Assembly (NCBI GenBank): GCA_016839265.1
Contig: JAEOUO010000002.1
Location: 122,572 to 154,571 of the forward strand
Direction of reading: 5' to 3'
From: Candidatus Odinarchaeota archaeon
GTDB taxonomy: Archaea > Asgardarchaeota > Odinarchaeia > Odinarchaeales > Odinarchaeaceae
DNA: 32,000 nt
The notes under the pieces are model-generated. The model made no database searches, had not been told where the DNA came from, and saw only the letters and a list, made by a program, of their open reading frames with translations. Within the stretch, counting starts at the first letter, position 1. Each line of letters starts with the position of its first letter. This document shows positions 27,127 through 32,000 of the stretch, one piece after another. Both the position numbers and the translations under genes were made by a program.

Positions 27127-29325
27127 TTAAATTTTTAAATCAAACCGGTCAAGGTTCATAACTTTATCCCATGCTTTTATGAAATCTTGGATGAACTTCT
27201 CCTGTGCGTCGTCACTGGCGTAGACTTCGGCAACAGCTCTAAGTTCGTCATGATGTCCGAAAATAAGATCAACTCTGGTTGCACTCCACTTTAAAGAATT
27301 AGCTTCTCTTTCATATCCTTTAAACAGATAACCGTTAGCATCCGCTCTTTCCCATTCTATTCTCATGTCAAGTAGGTTTACAAAGAAATCATTTGTTAAG
27401 ACGCCGTGTGTTTCGGTTAGGACGCCGTGTTCTTTATATTTATAAGTGGCTCCTAAAACTCTTAAACCGCCTACCAGAACAGTCATCTCTGGAATAGTGA
27501 GAGTGAGTAGCTGCGCTTTATCTACAAGGAAGTATTCTGGAGTGGTGTAAACATCGTTTTCATCAATTGAACTAGGATCTTTGAAGTAGTTTCTGAACCC
27601 GTCGGCAAACGGTTCTATTTCTTTATAGAATTCTTCTTCAACGTTTCCCTGCTCCGCGTCAACTCTTCCAGGAGTGAACGAGACTTTGATGTTAAACCCT
27701 GCTTTCCTAGCCGCTTCTTCTATCGCAGCGTAGCCTCCTAGAACTATTAAATCTGCAATTGAGACTTTTTTACCGCTGTCATTACTCTCTTGTTTTTCAT
27801 TGAATTCTTTCTGAATTCTCTCATAAACTGATATTATATTCTTCAAGTCTTCTGGGTGGTTTACCTCCCACTGGTTCATTGGATATAATCTGATCCGTGC
27901 TCCGTTAGCACCACCTCTTCTATCAGAGTCTCTATAAGTTGAAGCTGAAGACCATGCAGTGTAAACAAGTTGGGGTATGCTAAGATTTAATTCGAGAATT
28001 CTTTTTTTAAGAACTTTAATATCGTTTTCATCTATCAAATTATAGTCTCCTGCGGGAAGTGGATCCTGCCAGATGAACTCCTCTTTAGGAACATAGGTTC
28101 CAATATAACATCTTTTCGGCCCCATGTCTCTGTGAGTGAGTTTAAACCATGCTACTGCGAAAGCTCTCTCGAATTCCTCCGGGTTTTCGAGAAATCTTCT
28201 AGCTATCTTTGAATACTCTCTGTCGAATCGTAAAGCTAGATCCGCTGTAAGCATCCTAGGTTTATGTTTCTTATTCAAGTCAAACGGATCGGGGATTATC
28301 TCAGGAGCGTCCTTGGCAACCCACTGGTTTTTCCCATCCGGGCTCTTCTCTAACTCCCAATCATATTTAAAAAGAAAATTTAAATATTGGATACCAAATT
28401 TCGTCGGCTTCGGAGACCAGATAACTTCAAAACCGGAAGTATAAGTGTCTGAGCCTTTACCGCTTTTATACTTATATCTCCATCCGAGACCCATCTGTTC
28501 TACCGGCGAAGAACTAGGATCTTTACCAAGCTCTCTGCTTGAACCTGCACCGTGACATTTTCCAAACGCGTGGCCGCCTGCGATTAACGCAACCGTCTCC
28601 TCATCGCTCATACCCATCCTGGCGAAGGCGAGTCTAATCTCCTTCGCAGACTCCACCGGATTCGGATCCCCTCCCGGCCCCTCAGGGTTCACGTAAATAA
28701 GCCCCATCTCTGTAGCCGCAAACGGTTTTCTAAGCCCCCCATCCTTAAAACGCTCTCTACCTGTGAGCATCCGCTCCTCCGGACCCCAATCCGGGCTTTC
28801 ATCCGGCCCAAAGATATCCTCTCTCCCAAGAGAGAAACCATATACTCTCACACCCATATCTTCAAGGGCAACAGTTCCAGCGAGAATAATAAGATCCGCC
28901 CAAGATAGTTTCCTCCCATACTTCTTTTTAATAGGCCAAAGCAACCTTATAGCTTTATCAAGCCCTATATTATCCGGCCAATTTATTCTCGGCGGAAACC
29001 TTATACCCCCACTTCTAGCACCACCCCTCCCATCATGAATCCTATAGCTACCCGCACTATGCCATGCTAAACGAATAAAAAGCGGACCGTAATGCCCAAA
29101 ATCAGCCGGCCACCACCCCTTAGATTCCTTCATAAGCTTTTTCAAATCACTTACAACCGAATCAACATCAAGCGATTGAACCTCTCTCACATAATCATAC
29201 CCAAACCCATACAAATCCTTATACCAACAATCCTGATACAAAACCCTTAAATTCAACCGATTAGGCCACCAATCACTCACCCACCTTTTTCTCAAACCAA
29301 TCCGCCACCCATATTTTACCCACAT
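27127..29325 (-). CDS. katG: Catalase-peroxidase
   Basis: WWPADFGHYGPLFIRLAWHSAGSYR, MGLIYVNPEG, IAGGHAFGKCHG, duplicated C-terminal domain (RGGANGARIRL, KVMNLDRFD). Confidence 0.96.
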   Translation of the reverse strand: MWVKYGWRIGLRKRWVSDWWPNRLNLRVLYQDCWYKDLYGFGYDYVREVQSLDVDSVVSDLKKLMKESKGWWPADFGHYGPLFIRLAWHSAGSYRIHDGRGGARSGGIRFPPRINWPDNIGLDKAIRLLWPIKKKYGRKLSWADLIILAGTVALEDMGVRVYGFSLGREDIFGPDESPDWGPEERMLTGRERFKDGGLRKPFAATEMGLIYVNPEGPGGDPNPVESAKEIRLAFARMGMSDEETVALIAGGHAFGKCHGAGSSRELGKDPSSSPVEQMGLGWRYKYKSGKGSDTYTSGFEVIWSPKPTKFGIQYLNFLFKYDWELEKSPDGKNQWVAKDAPEIIPDPFDLNKKHKPRMLTADLALRFDREYSKIARRFLENPEEFERAFAVAWFKLTHRDMGPKRCYIGTYVPKEEFIWQDPLPAGDYNLIDENDIKVLKKRILELNLSIPQLVYTAWSSASTYRDSDRRGGANGARIRLYPMNQWEVNHPEDLKNIISVYERIQKEFNEKQESNDSGKKVSIADLIVLGGYAAIEEAARKAGFNIKVSFTPGRVDAEQGNVEEEFYKEIEPFADGFRNYFKDPSSIDENDVYTTPEYFLVDKAQLLTLTIPEMTVLVGGLRVLGATYKYKEHGVLTETHGVLTNDFFVNLLDMRIEWERADANGYLFKGYEREANSLKWSATRVDLIFGHHDELRAVAEVYASDDAQEKFIQDFIKAWDKVMNLDRFDLKI

Positions 29326-29450
29326 TATTATTAATCCCCATGTAAATTTAAATCTACTCTAAACAATCCCGCTAACCACAATAAACCTAAAATTAAAAAA
29401 TACACAATCCCTCAAAAATACACCAACAAACAACACAAACATAAACCAAC

Positions 29451-32000
29451 ACATCAAACCCTTATAGGTATTCTACTATCCAGAAATATAATACACGACG
29501 CTTATCTGCTTTACCTTGGTTTCAAACCCTTATAGGTATTCTACTATCTACGGGTATACGATTTCAACAGGCACTAATACTTGGAGTTTCAAACCCTTAT
29601 AGGTATTCTACTATCTCCCCGCCACCCCGAAACCTCCTCAAAAAATATTCTAGTTTCAAACCCTTATAGGTATTCTACTATCATAATATCACCATTTTAT
29701 CACTATTTTTTTTGACCAGTTTCAAACCCTTATAGGTATTCTACTATCAACTTTATATCACCTCAACTAAGTATTATCTTCATAGTTTCAAACCCTTATA
29801 GGTATTCTACTATCTTGAATGTCGACATTATCCGTAGTTTTATTTAGTGGTTTCAAACCCTTATAGGTATTCTACTATCTCACATCATTTGGAATATACT
29901 CAGGAGCCTGACGGGGTTTCAAACCCTTATAGGTATTCTACTATCACCAAATCATCATAAACTGCGCATCTAAACTAAACTGGTTTCAAACCCTTATAGG
30001 TATTCTACTATCCCGCTGCAAGAGTTTTTTAAACCGAAAAAAATGCATTGTTTCAAACCCTTATAGGTATTCTACTATCTTATGGGTTTAATCGAAGGAT
30101 TAAAGTTTAATATGAGTTTCAAACCCTTATAGGTATTCTACTATCTTTGGAGTAAAAGTGCTGTTTACGGATTACACAACGGTTTCAAACCCTTATAGGT
30201 ATTCTACTATCCTTTTTAGAAGGTGGCGATTCTGAAGTATGGTTTGTGTTTCAAACCCTTATAGGTATTCTACTATCCATATCTAAATTCACCACTAAAG
30301 ATGTTTATTCAAAGTTTCAAACCCTTATAGGTATTCTACTATCAAGGATATAGCGTTAAATAAAGAAGTAGAAATAATGGTTTCAAACCCTTATAGGTAT
30401 TCTACTATCGACTCAGGTAATCTTATAGAGACAGTTACAGCTAGTTCAGGGTTTCAAACCCTTATAGGTATTCTACTATCAACCTAAACCGTACGGAAGC
30501 ACGATAGCGATTACCAGTTTCAAACCCTTATAGGTATTCTACTATCCCTACAGTTTTAACCTTGTTAAAAGTTTTACTGCCGAGTTTCAAACCCTTATAG
30601 GTATTCTACTATCTTACTGCGTTAACCCTCAGATTCCTAGCTTTATCGAGTTTCAAACCCTTATAGGTATTCTACTATCAAATAAACGGTAAAAAATATT
30701 ACTTAATCGGTTTAAGTTTCAAACCCTTATAGGTATTCTACTATCTTAGCCTCTCTTTTTCTTTCTGTACTTCTTTTTGTAGTTTCAAACCCTTATAGGT
30801 ATTCTACTATCGGTTACTTAGGCCGTATAGTTCTATTCTTCACTGCGGACAGGTTTCAAACCCTTATAGGTATTCTACTATCCTAAATCCAGCGGAGCCG
30901 CCATCTGAGAGAATAAGGTGTTTCAAACCCTTATAGGTATTCTACTATCAATTTCCCGCTGTGACTCTGAACGGTCCTACAACGCTGTTTCAAACCCTTA
31001 TAGGTATTCTACTATCCGTCTCTCCCCGTCTGCTGTAAACCCGTTTTTCTTGTTTCAAACCCTTATAGGTATTCTACTATCAAAACGCATTTATCAACTA
31101 AACCTAATTTTTGTAAATAGTTTCAAACCCTTATAGGTATTCTACTATCACTGAAGCAGTGTTATACCCGTTATATTCATATTCAGTTTCAAACCCTTAT
31201 AGGTATTCTACTATCACGGCTAGAGTCATAGCGGTGCTAACATCGTAAACCTGTTTCAAACCCTTATAGGTATTCTACTATCTGTCTCTTTTACCCGATT
31301 GAAATACTAGGTAACTTAGTTTCAAACCCTTATAGGTATTCTACTATCGACTCAAAAAAATTCGCTACATCATAATAGCGTTTAAGTTTCAAACCCTTAT
31401 AGGTATTCTACTATCATATCATCCCCCACCGCTGTACGGGTTAAAGGATTAGTTTCAAACCCTTATAGGTATTCTACTATCACGTTAACTCCAGAAAAGT
31501 CTTCCCCATCATCATAACCGTTTCAAACCCTTATAGGTATTCTACTATCTTTTACGCATCCCATACTTAATTGTCACAACTTTATGCGGTTTCAAACCCT
31601 TATAGGTATTCTACTATCTCGAAAACGTTATAGTAGAGCCACTGATCCTTGTTGTGTTTCAAACCCTTATAGGTATTCTACTATCAATGAAGTCCTGTAG
31701 TTGTCATCCAATTTCCGTCTGTGTTTCAAACCCTTATAGGTATTCTACTATCGGGCATCAGACATACACCTCCAATTTCTCGAGCAAGGTTTCAAACCCT
31801 TATAGGTATTCTACTATCGTGGATTGAAAGACCCATCTCTTTTTTTTGGACTTCGTTTCAAACCCTTATAGGTATTCTACTATCGATTCATTGGAATAAT
31901 ATTAATAACTTTAAAGTATTGTTTCAAACCCTTATAGGTATTCTACTATCTGAAACCTGGAACTATAGTGATATACGCGTATTCCCCGTTTCAAACCCTT
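29451..32000 (-). CRISPR. CRISPR array, trailer end; continues past the right edge
   Basis: 30-bp repeat GTTTCAAACCCTTATAGGTATTCTACTATC on + (GATAGTAGAATACCTATAAGGGTTTGAAAC on -): 37 perfect copies, one degenerate terminal copy at 29451-29480 (ACA for GTT), one partial copy at 31988. 38 spacers of 35-41 bp, no duplicates noticed. Confidence 0.99.

Noticed and set aside
28136-29038. + strand ORFs 28136-28444 and 28763-29038
   Set aside because: Antisense to katG.
30918-31136. 72-aa ORF
   Set aside because: Chance read-through of CRISPR repeats and spacers (FQTLIGILLS repeated).

Overview
Archaeal chromosomal DNA, most likely an Asgard archaeon of the Odinarchaeia. That assignment rests on my recollection that the 425-aa tubulin looks like 'OdinTubulin'; I could not run BLAST. 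Contents, left to right: (1) 1-7524, a co-oriented purine operon (purD cut by the window edge, HAD hydrolase, PfkB kinase, purE, purB, purM, purP, guaA GATase subunit). (2) An orphan helical ORF, an aconitase, a Hel308/Ski2-like helicase with degenerate motifs and a SWIM finger, and a stand-alone nucleotidyltransferase. (3) 13628-18794, a compact four-gene unit: KaiC/RAD55-like protein with dead Walker motifs, large helical protein, eukaryote-like tubulin, long coiled-coil protein. (4) A metal/redox block (HMA-thioredoxin fusion, TRASH-CopA, ThiF/MoeB E1-like enzyme, B12 radical SAM, small Zn-finger protein, GNAT). (5) HEPN-MNT pair, katG, and the trailer end of a CRISPR array (38 full 30-bp repeats plus one cut by the edge; no cas genes in the window). 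Best leads: the uncharacterised partners around tubulin, the pseudo-helicase-SWIM protein, an unannotated duplicated promoter+RBS+N-terminus module (near 20.2 kb and 27.0 kb), and local G/C strand-skew switches unrelated to gene orientation.
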